20,105 nt of DNA from Clostridia bacterium. GTDB lineage: Bacteria > Bacillota > Clostridia > Christensenellales > Aristaeellaceae. Every line of letters begins with the position of its first letter. Positions within the stretch are counted from its first letter, which is position 1. The position numbers were made by a program, and so were the translations under genes. The DNA lies in NCBI GenBank assembly GCA_030526225.1, contig JAUNDF010000038.1:1-20105 (forward strand), written 5' to 3'. A model generated the notes under the pieces. It searched no databases and was not told where the DNA came from. It saw nothing but the letters and a program-made list of their open reading frames with translations. Of this stretch, positions 1-8,186 are shown one piece after another.

Positions 1-4
1 AAAG

Positions 5-81
5 TGGCGACCCGGAAGGGGCTCGAACCCTCGACCTCCAACGTGACAGGCTGGCGCTCTAACCAACTGAGCTACCGGGCC
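5..81 (-). tRNA. tRNA-Asp (anticodon GUC)
   Basis: The reverse complement reads GGCCCGGTAGCTCAGTTGGTTAGAGCGCCAGCCTGTCACGTTGGAGGTCGAGGGTTCGAGCCCCTTCCGGGTCGCCA. It has a 7-bp acceptor stem (one G-U), a D arm, anticodon loop CTGTCAC, a GGTTCGAGCCC T arm, and an encoded CCA. Confidence 0.9.
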
Positions 82-91
82 ACAAAAAGCG

Positions 92-164
92 TGGGCCTTC
101 AGGGACTTGAACCCCGGACCAACCGGTTATGAGCCGGCAGCTCTGACCACTGAGCTAAAGGCCC
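92..164 (-). tRNA. tRNA with CAU anticodon; Ile2 (lysidine-type)-like, otherwise elongator Met; CCA not encoded
   Basis: The reverse complement reads GGGCCTTTAGCTCAGTGGTCAGAGCTGCCGGCTCATAACCGGTTGGTCCGGGGTTCAAGTCCCTGAAGGCCCA. It folds as a cloverleaf with anticodon loop CTCATAA. G1-C72 is paired and there is no GGG/CCC anticodon stem, so it is not an initiator. The 3' end is followed by CGC, not CCA. Confidence 0.85.
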
Positions 165-194
165 ACAAAACCGCAGTGGGAAAAACAAAAGAAG

Positions 195-270
195 TGGTGA
201 CCCCGTCGGGATTCGAACCCGAGTAGCCGCCGTGAAAGGGCGGTGTCTTAGGCCTCTTGACCACGGGGCC
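195..270 (-). tRNA. tRNA-Glu (anticodon UUC)
   Basis: The reverse complement reads GGCCCCGTGGTCAAGAGGCCTAAGACACCGCCCTTTCACGGCGGCTACTCGGGTTCGAATCCCGACGGGGTCACCA. Anticodon stem-loop is CCGCC-CTTTCAC-GGCGG, and CCA is encoded. Confidence 0.9.
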
Positions 271-289
271 ACGGATTGGGTAGTTGGTC

Positions 290-366
290 TGGTCGGGGTG
301 AAGGGATTCGAACCCCCGGCCCCATGCTCCCAAAGCACGTGCGCTACCAGACTGCGCTACACCCCG
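290..366 (-). tRNA. tRNA-Pro (anticodon UGG)
   Basis: The reverse complement reads CGGGGTGTAGCGCAGTCTGGTAGCGCACGTGCTTTGGGAGCATGGGGCCGGGGGTTCGAATCCCTTCACCCCGACCA. Anticodon loop is TTTGGGA, the acceptor stem is perfect (CGGGGTG/CACCCCG), and CCA is encoded. Confidence 0.9.
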
Positions 367-421
367 GTCAGCAATCCGCCTGTCGTTTTCTCAATGGTCG
401 GTTCGTCAGGCGACATGAGTA

Positions 422-472
422 ATAATACACGAAGTCGACACAATTGTCAACCCCTTTTTTGAAGTTTTTTCA
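422..472 (-). promoter_or_regulatory. Sigma-A type promoter of the tRNA operon, with an upstream A-tract (UP-element-like)
   Basis: The minus strand reads AAAAAACTTCAAAAAAGGGG-TTGACA-attgtgtcgacttcgtg-TATTAT. The -35 (445-450) is an exact TTGACA, the spacer is 17 nt, and the -10 is at 422-427. Two phased A6 tracts lie just upstream (455-470). The promoter sits about 55 nt upstream of the tRNA-Pro 5' end. Confidence 0.7.
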
Positions 473-632
473 ATTTTCTTTGAAACTTATGCAAAAACCG
501 CTGTTTTCAAGGCTTTTCGGGCACTAATCAGGTCGCCGATGCATAATATAGAAATAATTCTGCGGCACATGCAGGAATTTCCATCCAAAAACAGAATTTC
601 TTACACATATTTTCTACCGGAGGCGAAAGATA

Positions 633-1391
633 ATGTTTGATGCAAACAAGGTTACCGCCCAATGTGTACAATGGATTCGTGATTTCTTTGAAGAAAACGG
701 CCCCGGCTGCAATGCAGTGCTGGGCATTTCCGGCGGCAAGGACAGCTCTGTGGTGGCCGCCCTGTGCGTGGAAGCTCTTGGCCGCGACCGCGTCATCGGC
801 GTACTGATGCCCAACGGTGAGCAGCACGATATCGACTGCTCCCGCCAGCTGGTGGAGCATCTGGGTATCCGCAATTATACCGTCAACATCAAGGCCGCCA
901 TGGACGGCATCCTGTCTGCCCTGCCCCAGGAGCTGGCTGTAACCGCCCAGACGGCCCAGAACCTGCCCCCCCGCATCCGCATGGCCACCGTGTATGCCAT
1001 CAGCCAAAGCTGCAACGGCCGCGTGGCCAACACCTGCAACCTCAGCGAGGACTGGGTGGGCTATGCCACCCGCTACGGCGATGCCGCCGGCGACTTCTCC
1101 CCCCTTTCCCACCTGACCGTGCAGGAGGTCAAGGCCATCGGCCGGGTGCTGGGTCTGCCTGAAAACCTGATTGAAAAGCCCCCCATCGACGGCCTGTGCG
1201 GCAAAACCGACGAGGACAATCTCGGCTTTACCTACGCCGTGCTGGACAAGTACATCCGCACCGGCATCTGCGAGGATGAGGCCACCAAGGCCAGCATCGA
1301 CCAGAAGCATGCCCGCAACATGTTCAAGATGTTCCCCATGCCCTCCTTCCGCCCCGAAGGCATCGACAGCGTGCAGAAGGAGGAGTGGTAA
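633..1391 (+). CDS. nadE: NH3-dependent NAD+ synthetase
   Basis: 252 aa with the PP-loop motif GISGGKDSSVVAALC near the N-terminus; length and overall sequence are typical of NadE. GGAGG (619-623) lies 9 nt before the ATG. Stop codon TAA. Confidence 0.9.
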   Translation: MFDANKVTAQCVQWIRDFFEENGPGCNAVLGISGGKDSSVVAALCVEALGRDRVIGVLMPNGEQHDIDCSRQLVEHLGIRNYTVNIKAAMDGILSALPQELAVTAQTAQNLPPRIRMATVYAISQSCNGRVANTCNLSEDWVGYATRYGDAAGDFSPLSHLTVQEVKAIGRVLGLPENLIEKPPIDGLCGKTDEDNLGFTYAVLDKYIRTGICEDEATKASIDQKHARNMFKMFPMPSFRPEGIDSVQKEEW

Positions 1392-1394
1392 GCC

Positions 1395-3203
1395 GTGGAA
1401 AACAAGGTGCTTACCCGCGGCGAGGTCAATCCCGCCCACACCTGGGACCTGACCGCCATCTATGCCGATGAAGCCGCCCTCCAGCGTGATCTGGACAAGC
1501 TGACCGCCCTGACCGCCGAAATCGAGCAATACAAGGGCCGTCTGACCGATGCCGACGCCATCCTTGCCTGTCTGGACCTGTATCGCCGGTACGCGGAAAC
1601 CGAGGTGTTGGCCGCCAATTATGCTGATTTGGCCGCCAGCGTTGATTTTACCGATTCTGCCCTGCAGGAGCAGAACACCCGGGTGCAGACCACCATCACC
1701 GGCCTGCGCAGCCGCCTGAGCTTTGTAGAAAGCGAAATCCTGCAGCAGGACGAGACCGTCATCCACGCCGCCATGAATCAGCAGGGCCCCTGCACTCCTC
1801 TGCTGGAGGACATGCTCCGGCGCAAGGCGTATCAGCTGGATCCCGAAGCAGAGCGTGTGCTGGCCGCCTACGGCAGCATCCTCAACCTGCCCTACGAGGC
1901 CTACTGCGCCTGCAAATATGCCGATACCCAGTTCGACCCCTTCACTGTGGACGGCAAGGAGTATCCCCTGGGCTACAGCCTGTTTGAGGATGATTACGAG
2001 TACGACGAGCGCACGCCCGTCCGCCGGGAAGCCTTCCGCCGCTTCAGCGAAACCATCGCCAAATATCAAAACACCACCGCCGCCGTCTACAATGCCCAAT
2101 GCACCAAAGAGAAGATAGATGCAAACCTTCGCGGCTACTCCTCTGTGTTTGATGCCCTGCTGTTCCCCCAAAAGGTCACGCGGGAGATGTATGACCGGCA
2201 GATTGACACCATCATGGAGAAGCTGGCGCCCCACATGCGCCGCTATGCCGGGCTGCTGAAGAAAATCTACAAGCTGGATGAGATGACCTATGCCGATTTG
2301 AAGCTCCCCGTCGATCCCGCCTTTGACCCCAAGGTTTCCATCGAGGAATCCCGGGCATACATCCGCGATGGCCTCAGCATCATGGGCGAAGAATACACAG
2401 CCATGGTGGATGATGCCTACCGTCAGCGCTGGGTGGATTTCGCCAAGAATGTGGGCAAGTCCACCGGCGGCTTCTGCGCCAGCCCCTACGGCAATCACTC
2501 CTACATCCTGCTGAACTGGAACAACCGCATGTCCGATGTGATGACTCTTGCCCACGAGCTGGGTCACGCCGGTCATTTCAAGGCCTGCAACGCCAGCCAG
2601 TCCATCTTCGGCACGGATGTTTCCACCTATTTCGTGGAAGCACCCTCCACCATCAACGAGCTGCTGATGGCGCACCATCTGCTGAAGACCAACCCGGACA
2701 AGCGGTTCCGCCGCTGGGTACTCAGCTGCATGATTGGCAACACCTACTACCACAACTTCGTCACCCATCTGCTGGAGGCCGCCTATCAGCGGGAGGTGTA
2801 CCGCATCATCGACAATGGCGGCAGCGTACAGGCGGATACCCTTTCCGCCATCATGAAGGATGTGCTGCAGCGCTTCTGGGGCGACAGCGTGGTACTCTGT
2901 GATGGTGCTGAGCTGACATGGATGCGCCAGCCCCACTATTACATGGGCCTGTACTCCTACACCTACAGCGCGGGCCTGACCATCGGCACACAGGTGTGCA
3001 AGCGCATCGAGCAGGAAGGCGCTCCTGCCGTGGAAGCATGGAAGCAGGTCCTGCGCACCGGCGGCACCAAATCCCCCGTGGAGCTTGCCGCCATGGCCGG
3101 GGTAGACATCACCACCGACGCTCCCCTGCTGGACACCATTGATACCATCGGCAGCATGATTGATGAAATCATCGCCCTGACCGAAGAACTGGAAAAGGAA
3201 TAA
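1395..3203 (+). CDS. pepF: Oligoendopeptidase F (M3B family zinc metallopeptidase)
   Basis: 602 aa with the HExxH zinc motif (AHELGHAGH) and a PepF-like N-terminus (...NPAHTWDLTAIY...). The start is GTG, with GGAGG (1379-1383) 11 nt upstream and 3 nt after the nadE stop, so it is probably co-transcribed. Stop codon TAA. Confidence 0.9.
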   Translation: MENKVLTRGEVNPAHTWDLTAIYADEAALQRDLDKLTALTAEIEQYKGRLTDADAILACLDLYRRYAETEVLAANYADLAASVDFTDSALQEQNTRVQTTITGLRSRLSFVESEILQQDETVIHAAMNQQGPCTPLLEDMLRRKAYQLDPEAERVLAAYGSILNLPYEAYCACKYADTQFDPFTVDGKEYPLGYSLFEDDYEYDERTPVRREAFRRFSETIAKYQNTTAAVYNAQCTKEKIDANLRGYSSVFDALLFPQKVTREMYDRQIDTIMEKLAPHMRRYAGLLKKIYKLDEMTYADLKLPVDPAFDPKVSIEESRAYIRDGLSIMGEEYTAMVDDAYRQRWVDFAKNVGKSTGGFCASPYGNHSYILLNWNNRMSDVMTLAHELGHAGHFKACNASQSIFGTDVSTYFVEAPSTINELLMAHHLLKTNPDKRFRRWVLSCMIGNTYYHNFVTHLLEAAYQREVYRIIDNGGSVQADTLSAIMKDVLQRFWGDSVVLCDGAELTWMRQPHYYMGLYSYTYSAGLTIGTQVCKRIEQEGAPAVEAWKQVLRTGGTKSPVELAAMAGVDITTDAPLLDTIDTIGSMIDEIIALTEELEKE

Positions 3204-3216
3204 TTTGATACACTGC

Positions 3217-3265
3217 AAAAGCCGTGAGATGCAAGCTTCGCGTCTCACGGCTTTTCTCTCTTTTC
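3217..3265 (+). terminator. Rho-independent terminator after pepF (A-tract/T-tract flanked, possibly bidirectional)
   Basis: Arms AAAAGCCGTGAGA (3217-3229) and TCTCACGGCTTTT (3243-3255) enclose a 13-nt loop, followed by the T-rich run TTTTCTCTCTTTTC. Confidence 0.65.
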
Positions 3266-3270
3266 ACAGC

Positions 3271-3304
3271 AAAAATCACCCGGCCGAATCAATCAGCCGG
3301 GTGA
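3271..3304 (-). terminator. Rho-independent terminator of the opp operon
   Basis: The minus strand reads TCACCCGGC-tgattgattcg-GCCGGGTGA followed by TTTTT. The 9-bp GC-rich stem begins 15 nt after the oppA-like stop. Confidence 0.65.
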
Positions 3305-3318
3305 CGGGGATTAACGCA

Positions 3319-4923
3319 TTATTCTGCCACGAAAGCAGTGCGCAGGTACAGGATGCCGGTGGGGTCAATCAGGAAGCTCTGTACCTTGGGGTTCATCATG
3401 GTGGTGTTGCTCTTGTAGTACAGGTTCAGGAAGGGATAATCGCTGCTGGCCAGGGTATCAGCCTCGCGCATCACTTCCATGGCGGCCTTGGCATCGGTCA
3501 TGCTGGCAGCCTGCTCAACCAGAGCATCGTACTCGGGGTTGGAATAGCCAACGTTGTTGTTGGGGTCCCCGGTCTTCAGCAGGGGCAGATAGGTCATGGG
3601 GTGCAGGTAGTCGCCGCTCCAGCCCATGGCGCCCAGCTCGTAGTTGAGGTTGACGATGTCGTCATAGTAAACGGCCCAGTCAGCCACATCAATCTTCACG
3701 CTGATGTTCAGGTTGGAGGACAGCATTTCTGCCAGAGCCTCGGCAACCAGCTTCACGGTGTCGCTGGAGTAGTAGTACAGGGTAACCTCGGGGAAGCCTT
3801 CGCCGTTGGGATAGCCGGCCTCTGCCAGGCAAGCCTGAGCAGCTTCCACATCAGCCTCGTCGCTCAGGTCGAAATCGCCGATGGCATCCACAAAGTCCTC
3901 GCCATCCACCACATAGCCGGGAGCGATGAAGGAGAAAGCGGGCTCGGCATCTGTCTGCAGCACGTCTTCAATCAGAGCGGTACGGTCGATGGCCAGGTTG
4001 AAGGCCTTGCGGACCAGCACGTTGTCAAAGGGAGCCTTGGAGCAGTTGAATTCCCAGTAGGTGGTGCCGTAGGAGGGAGATACCACGAAGCCGGGATCGT
4101 TGGCCTTCAGACGGGCATAGTCGGAGGCGGGAACGGTGTTCATGCCATCGATTTCGCCGCTTTCATAAGCCATCAGAGCGGTGCCGTTGTCGGTGATGAA
4201 GCGCAGGGTCACCTTTTCCAGCTTCACGCTGTCAGCGGCATAGTAGTTGTCGTTCTTCACCAGCACAAAGCTTTCGCCCATGTTGATTTCAGCCATGTGG
4301 AACGGGCCGTTGCTGACATAGGTATCAGCGGAAGCGGTCCAGCGGTCGCCGTTGGCTTCAACAGTGGCCTGCTGCACGGGGGCAAAGGTCCACATGGCCA
4401 GAATGGCGGGGAAATAGGGGGCGGGAGCCTTCAGGGTGATGACCACGGTGTTGGCATCGGGAGCCTTGATGCCCACGGTGTCAAAATCGGTGGTTTCGCC
4501 GGCATAGTATTCAGCGGCACCGGCAATGTAATCGGTGGCCAGGCTGACATACTTGGCAGCGGTTTCGGGGGTCAGGATGCGCTTGACGGTGTACACATAG
4601 TCGTTGGCATCATGAGTGGTGCCGTCGGACCACTTCAGACCCTCACGCAGGGTGAAGGTGTACACGGTGCCGTCATCGGACACGGTGTAATCGGCAGCTT
4701 CGCCGCAGATGAGGGCACCGGTCTCGATGTCGTAGGTCATCAGGCCCTCAAAGCAGTTGGCCAGCACAGCGGAAGCAAAGCTGTTGTTGGTGATGCTGGG
4801 GTCGATGCCGTCGGGCTCGGAGTACAGGGAATAGGTGATTTCCTGTACAGCGTCGGCAGAAGCAAAGGAGCAAAGCGTCAGCAGCATGCTGACAGCCAGC
4901 ACGAGAGAAAGGAATTTCTTCAT
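3319..4923 (-). CDS. oppA: Peptide ABC transporter substrate-binding protein (SBP family 5, OppA/DppA-like)
   Basis: Family-5 SBP-like sequence of typical length, placed last in the transporter operon. I place the start at the ATG at 4923 (MKKFLSLVLAVSMLLTLCSFASADA, a signal peptide), with AAAGGAGGA 7 nt upstream. The ORF-track start at 4986 adds 21 non-signal residues and has no SD. Stop codon TAA. The opp-versus-dpp assignment is not resolvable here. Confidence 0.85.
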   Translation of the reverse strand: MKKFLSLVLAVSMLLTLCSFASADAVQEITYSLYSEPDGIDPSITNNSFASAVLANCFEGLMTYDIETGALICGEAADYTVSDDGTVYTFTLREGLKWSDGTTHDANDYVYTVKRILTPETAAKYVSLATDYIAGAAEYYAGETTDFDTVGIKAPDANTVVITLKAPAPYFPAILAMWTFAPVQQATVEANGDRWTASADTYVSNGPFHMAEINMGESFVLVKNDNYYAADSVKLEKVTLRFITDNGTALMAYESGEIDGMNTVPASDYARLKANDPGFVVSPSYGTTYWEFNCSKAPFDNVLVRKAFNLAIDRTALIEDVLQTDAEPAFSFIAPGYVVDGEDFVDAIGDFDLSDEADVEAAQACLAEAGYPNGEGFPEVTLYYYSSDTVKLVAEALAEMLSSNLNISVKIDVADWAVYYDDIVNLNYELGAMGWSGDYLHPMTYLPLLKTGDPNNNVGYSNPEYDALVEQAASMTDAKAAMEVMREADTLASSDYPFLNLYYKSNTTMMNPKVQSFLIDPTGILYLRTAFVAE

Positions 4924-5000
4924 AACGAATTCCTCCTTTAAAAAATTATGCGAAGCGGCCTGCAGGAAGCCGCACACATGCATCAAATGGGGTTTCCGGT

Positions 5001-5966
5001 TTAACCGTTGACCGCGTGGCAGGCAACCATGTGGCCGTTGCCGGCATCCACCAATGGCGGCTCAACGGTGCGGCACTTTTCCGTTGCGTAGGGGCAGCGG
5101 GTATGGAAACGGCAGCCGCTGGGGGGATTGATGGGGCTGGGCAGGTCACCCTCCAGGCCGCTCTTTTCCTTGGCCTGTGCCAGGCGCGGGTTGGGAATCG
5201 GGATGGAGGACAGCAGACCCTTGGTGTAGGGATGCAGGGGATGGCGATAAATCTCGTCTGCCTCGCACTTTTCCACCAGCGTACCCAGATACATCACGCC
5301 CACCTCATCGGAGACGTAGCGCACCATGGACAGGTCATGGGCGATGAACAGATACGTCAGGCCCAGCTCCTGCTGAAAGCCGCGCAGCATGTTCACCACC
5401 TGTGCCTGAATGGACACATCCAGTGCGGAAATGGGCTCGTCACAGATGACCAGCTCGGGCTTGAGAATCAATGCCCGGGCAATGCCCACGCGCTGGCGCT
5501 GACCGCCGGAGAATTCATGAGCATAGCGGTTGGCATGCTCCCGGTTCAGGCCCACCTTGGCCAGCATATCGTTGACCATTTCGCTCTCTTCCCGCTTGGT
5601 TTTGCACACTTTGTGGGCACGAAGAGGCTCAGCCACAATGTCATGCACGGTCATGCGGGCGTTAAGGGAGGCGTAGGGGTCCTGGAAAATCATCTGCATC
5701 TTTTTGCGGTAGGGCAGCAGCTCCTTCTGGCTCAGACCGGAGATGTCCTCGCCATCCAGCAGAATCTGGCCGGCGGTGGGGTCATACACACGGATGACCG
5801 TGCGGGCGCAGGTGCTCTTGCCGCAGCCGCTCTCGCCCACCAGCCCCAGCGTTTTGCCCTTTTCAATGGAGAAGGACACATTGTCCACCGCGTGGACGGT
5901 CTTTTTGCCGGGGGCCGGGAAGTGCTTTGTCAGGCCCTTGACCTGAAGGACAGGGGTATCACTCAT
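5001..5966 (-). CDS. oppF: Oligopeptide/dipeptide ABC transporter ATP-binding protein (OppF/DppF type)
   Basis: Walker A GESGCGKST, signature FSGGQRQR, Walker B LVICDEP, and a C-terminal Opp-type extension with Cys residues. The ATG overlaps the oppD stop (ATGA at 5963-5966). AGGAGG lies upstream. Stop codon TAA. Confidence 0.9.
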   Translation of the reverse strand: MSDTPVLQVKGLTKHFPAPGKKTVHAVDNVSFSIEKGKTLGLVGESGCGKSTCARTVIRVYDPTAGQILLDGEDISGLSQKELLPYRKKMQMIFQDPYASLNARMTVHDIVAEPLRAHKVCKTKREESEMVNDMLAKVGLNREHANRYAHEFSGGQRQRVGIARALILKPELVICDEPISALDVSIQAQVVNMLRGFQQELGLTYLFIAHDLSMVRYVSDEVGVMYLGTLVEKCEADEIYRHPLHPYTKGLLSSIPIPNPRLAQAKEKSGLEGDLPSPINPPSGCRFHTRCPYATEKCRTVEPPLVDAGNGHMVACHAVNG

Positions 5967-6994
5967 GTTGTTGCCTCCTTCCGCTGCTTAAAGGGATTGT
6001 CCTTTGCGGGGGCATCCTTGTCCAGCAGCCAGCAGCGGCTCTTGTGGCCCTCCGCCACCTCCATCACCGGAGGCAGCTCCTCCAGACAGATGCGGCAGGC
6101 ATAGGGGCACCGGGGTGCGAAGGGGCAGCCCTTGGGAGGATTGACCATATCCGGCGGAGAGCCGGGGATGGGCTGCAGCAGCTTGTTTTTATCCTGATTG
6201 ATATCGGGGATGGATGCAATCAGGCCCATGGTGTAGGGATGGCAGGGGTTTTCAAACACATCGAAGATGCTGGCCTCCTCCATCACCAGACCGCCGTACA
6301 TTACCAGCACGCGGCTGCACAGCTCGGCCACCACGCCCAGATCGTGGGTGATGAACATAATGCTCATGCCCATTTCCTGCTGGATGGAGCGCATCAGCTT
6401 CAGAATCTGGTCCTGAATGGATACGTCCAGCGCCGTGGTGGGCTCGTCGGCGATGAGCAGATCGGGCTTGCAGGCCAGGGCCATGGCAATCATCACCCGC
6501 TGGCGCATACCGCCGGAGAATTCATGGGGATAGCAATTGTAGCGCTTTTCCGGCTCGGGGATGCGAACCAGATTAAACAGCTCGATAACCCGCTTTTTCT
6601 TGTCTTCCTTGGTGATGTTCTTGTCGTGGGCCCACAGCATTTCGCCCACCTGATCACCCACCGTCAGCAGGGGGTTGAGGCTGGTCATGGGATCCTGGAA
6701 AATCATGGCCACCTGCTTGCCGCGGATGGCGCGCATTTCCTTTTTGGATTTGCCAATCAGCTCCTCACCGTTCAGCTTCACGCTGCCGCCGGTGATGCGG
6801 CCGGTACCGGCCAGAAGCTGCATCACAGACAGGCTGGTGACAGACTTGCCGCTGCCGCTCTCGCCCACGATGCCCACAGATTCACCCTTGCCGATGTCAA
6901 AGGAGATGCCGCGGACAGCCTTGACCTCGCCCGTGGAAGTGAGAAAGGAGGTTTGCAGGTCCCTGACCTCAAGGATATGTTCTTTCTGATCCAT
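5963..6994 (-). CDS. oppD: Oligopeptide/dipeptide ABC transporter ATP-binding protein (OppD/DppD type)
   Basis: Walker [10 protein letters not shown], signature FSGGMRQR, Walker B LLIADEP, and a C-terminal Opp-type Cys-rich extension. SD AAGGAGAGG precedes the ATG at 6994. Stop codon TGA. Confidence 0.9.
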   Translation of the reverse strand: MDQKEHILEVRDLQTSFLTSTGEVKAVRGISFDIGKGESVGIVGESGSGKSVTSLSVMQLLAGTGRITGGSVKLNGEELIGKSKKEMRAIRGKQVAMIFQDPMTSLNPLLTVGDQVGEMLWAHDKNITKEDKKKRVIELFNLVRIPEPEKRYNCYPHEFSGGMRQRVMIAMALACKPDLLIADEPTTALDVSIQDQILKLMRSIQQEMGMSIMFITHDLGVVAELCSRVLVMYGGLVMEEASIFDVFENPCHPYTMGLIASIPDINQDKNKLLQPIPGSPPDMVNPPKGCPFAPRCPYACRICLEELPPVMEVAEGHKSRCWLLDKDAPAKDNPFKQRKEATT

Positions 6995-7010
6995 TTGACC
7001 TCTCCTTTCT

Positions 7011-8171
7011 TTACTTCTTCAGCTTCGGATCCAGCGCGTCACGCAGACCGTCACCCACAAAGTTGAAGGCGAACATAATCACGCAGATGACCAGCGCCGG
7101 CAGGAACAGCTGATAGGGATTGGTGCGCAGTGCCTCGGTGGCATCGTTGCACATGGTACCCAGAGATGCCATGGGCGGGGAAATGCCGATGCCGATGAAG
7201 GACATGAACGCCTCCATGAAGATGGCGCTGGGAATCAGCATGGTCACGGTAACCAGAATGGGGCCCAGTGCGTTGGGAATCAGATGCTTGGTCAGGATGG
7301 TTCTGGTGGAAGAGCCGATGGTTCTGGCCGCCAGCACAAATTCCTGATTTTTCAGCGACAGCATTTCGCCGCGGACCACGCGGGCCATATCCACCCAGTA
7401 CACGCTGGACAGGGCGATGATGATGGACAGCATGCCGTCACTGAGGCACATCTTAATCAGAATCACGTACAAGGTCAGGGGGATGGTGGCGATGATATCC
7501 ACAATGCGCATCATCACCGAGTCAACACGGCCGCCCATGTAGCCGGCAATGCCGCCGTAGAAAATGCCGATGACCATGTTGACCAATGCGGCGATGAAGG
7601 CCACCATCAGGGAGATGCGAGTGCCGTACATCAGCCGGGTCAGGATGTCGCGGCCCAGCTGGTCGGTGCCCAGCAGATAGGTGTTGTTCCATTTGGTAAT
7701 GCCCTGCTCGATGCGGTTGCCGTCGGCATCGCACATCACGTTGGGCTGTGCGGAATAATCCAGATATACCTTCACGCCGTCAGCATACTTGAAGGAGGTG
7801 CGCTTGGCCTTGGCATCATCCTTGTCCTTTTTCAGCTGACGGATGAGGTTGCCGTTTTCATCCACCTCGATGACCTTCAGCGCCTGAGTCACGTAGAAGT
7901 ATACGCCTTCCTCGGGGCCGGGGTATACGGTCATCACCGGGGGAATGTTGGCCAGCTTGGTGTTCTGCTCGGAATAGCTGTAGGGGGTGAAGAAGGGACC
8001 CACGCAGGAAAACAGCAGCAGCACCACCACCAGAATCAGGCCCAGCAGGGATGTGGGCTTGTGGCGGAAGCGATACCACACATCCCCGAAGAACGTGCGG
8101 GATTTGCGGTAGATGCGCTCGGCATCCGCTGCATCCATCGAGACGCGTTCCCATTTATTCGATGCATCCAT
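7011..8171 (-). CDS. oppC: Peptide ABC transporter permease (OppC/DppC type) with a long first extracytoplasmic loop
   Basis: Has the BPD-transporter permease core (…LGTDQLGRDILTRL…, EAA-like region …AARTIGSS…), with about 120 residues between TM1 and TM2. I place the start at the ATG at 8171, with AGGAGA 9 nt upstream. The track start at 8174 is a TTG one codon earlier. Stop codon TAA. Confidence 0.85.
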   Translation of the reverse strand: MDASNKWERVSMDAADAERIYRKSRTFFGDVWYRFRHKPTSLLGLILVVVLLLFSCVGPFFTPYSYSEQNTKLANIPPVMTVYPGPEEGVYFYVTQALKVIEVDENGNLIRQLKKDKDDAKAKRTSFKYADGVKVYLDYSAQPNVMCDADGNRIEQGITKWNNTYLLGTDQLGRDILTRLMYGTRISLMVAFIAALVNMVIGIFYGGIAGYMGGRVDSVMMRIVDIIATIPLTLYVILIKMCLSDGMLSIIIALSSVYWVDMARVVRGEMLSLKNQEFVLAARTIGSSTRTILTKHLIPNALGPILVTVTMLIPSAIFMEAFMSFIGIGISPPMASLGTMCNDATEALRTNPYQLFLPALVICVIMFAFNFVGDGLRDALDPKLKK

Positions 8172-8186
8172 CAAAACGTGTCTCCT

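Noticed and set aside
99-462. ORFs 99..338, 127..333 and 232..462 overlapping the tRNA cluster.
   Set aside because: The region folds into four canonical cloverleaf tRNAs, and the ORFs are by-products of GC-rich tRNA sequence.
528-3248. 906-aa minus-strand ORF covering the whole nadE-pepF region.
   Set aside because: It is fully antisense to two plus-strand genes that have SD sequences and diagnostic motifs (SGGKDS, HELGH). Its translation is a G/A/V/L/H/Q-rich string with no recognisable motif. This is a typical shadow ORF of GC-rich coding DNA.
4945-4975. GC hairpin GCGGC-N9-GCCGC between oppF and oppA as an internal terminator or oppA promoter.
   Set aside because: The stem is only 5 bp with a 9-nt loop. 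The T-run that follows is separated from it by 9 nt, and no credible -35/-10 pair is present. At most it is a weak processing or attenuation element, and the sequence alone does not support it.
4924-4986. N-terminal extensions suggested by the ORF track: oppA from 4986, oppC from 8174 (TTG), SRAP from 9925, coaE from 15795 (TTG), xpaC from 18032 (TTG).
   Set aside because: The downstream ATGs (4923, 8171, 9895, 15777, 17930) fit better. They give a proper signal peptide (oppA), expose the SRAP MCGRY catalytic N-terminus, or give the CoaE MRIIGLTGG P-loop N-terminus, and most have an SD at the right spacing. The xpaC extension would run through a hairpin and promoter.
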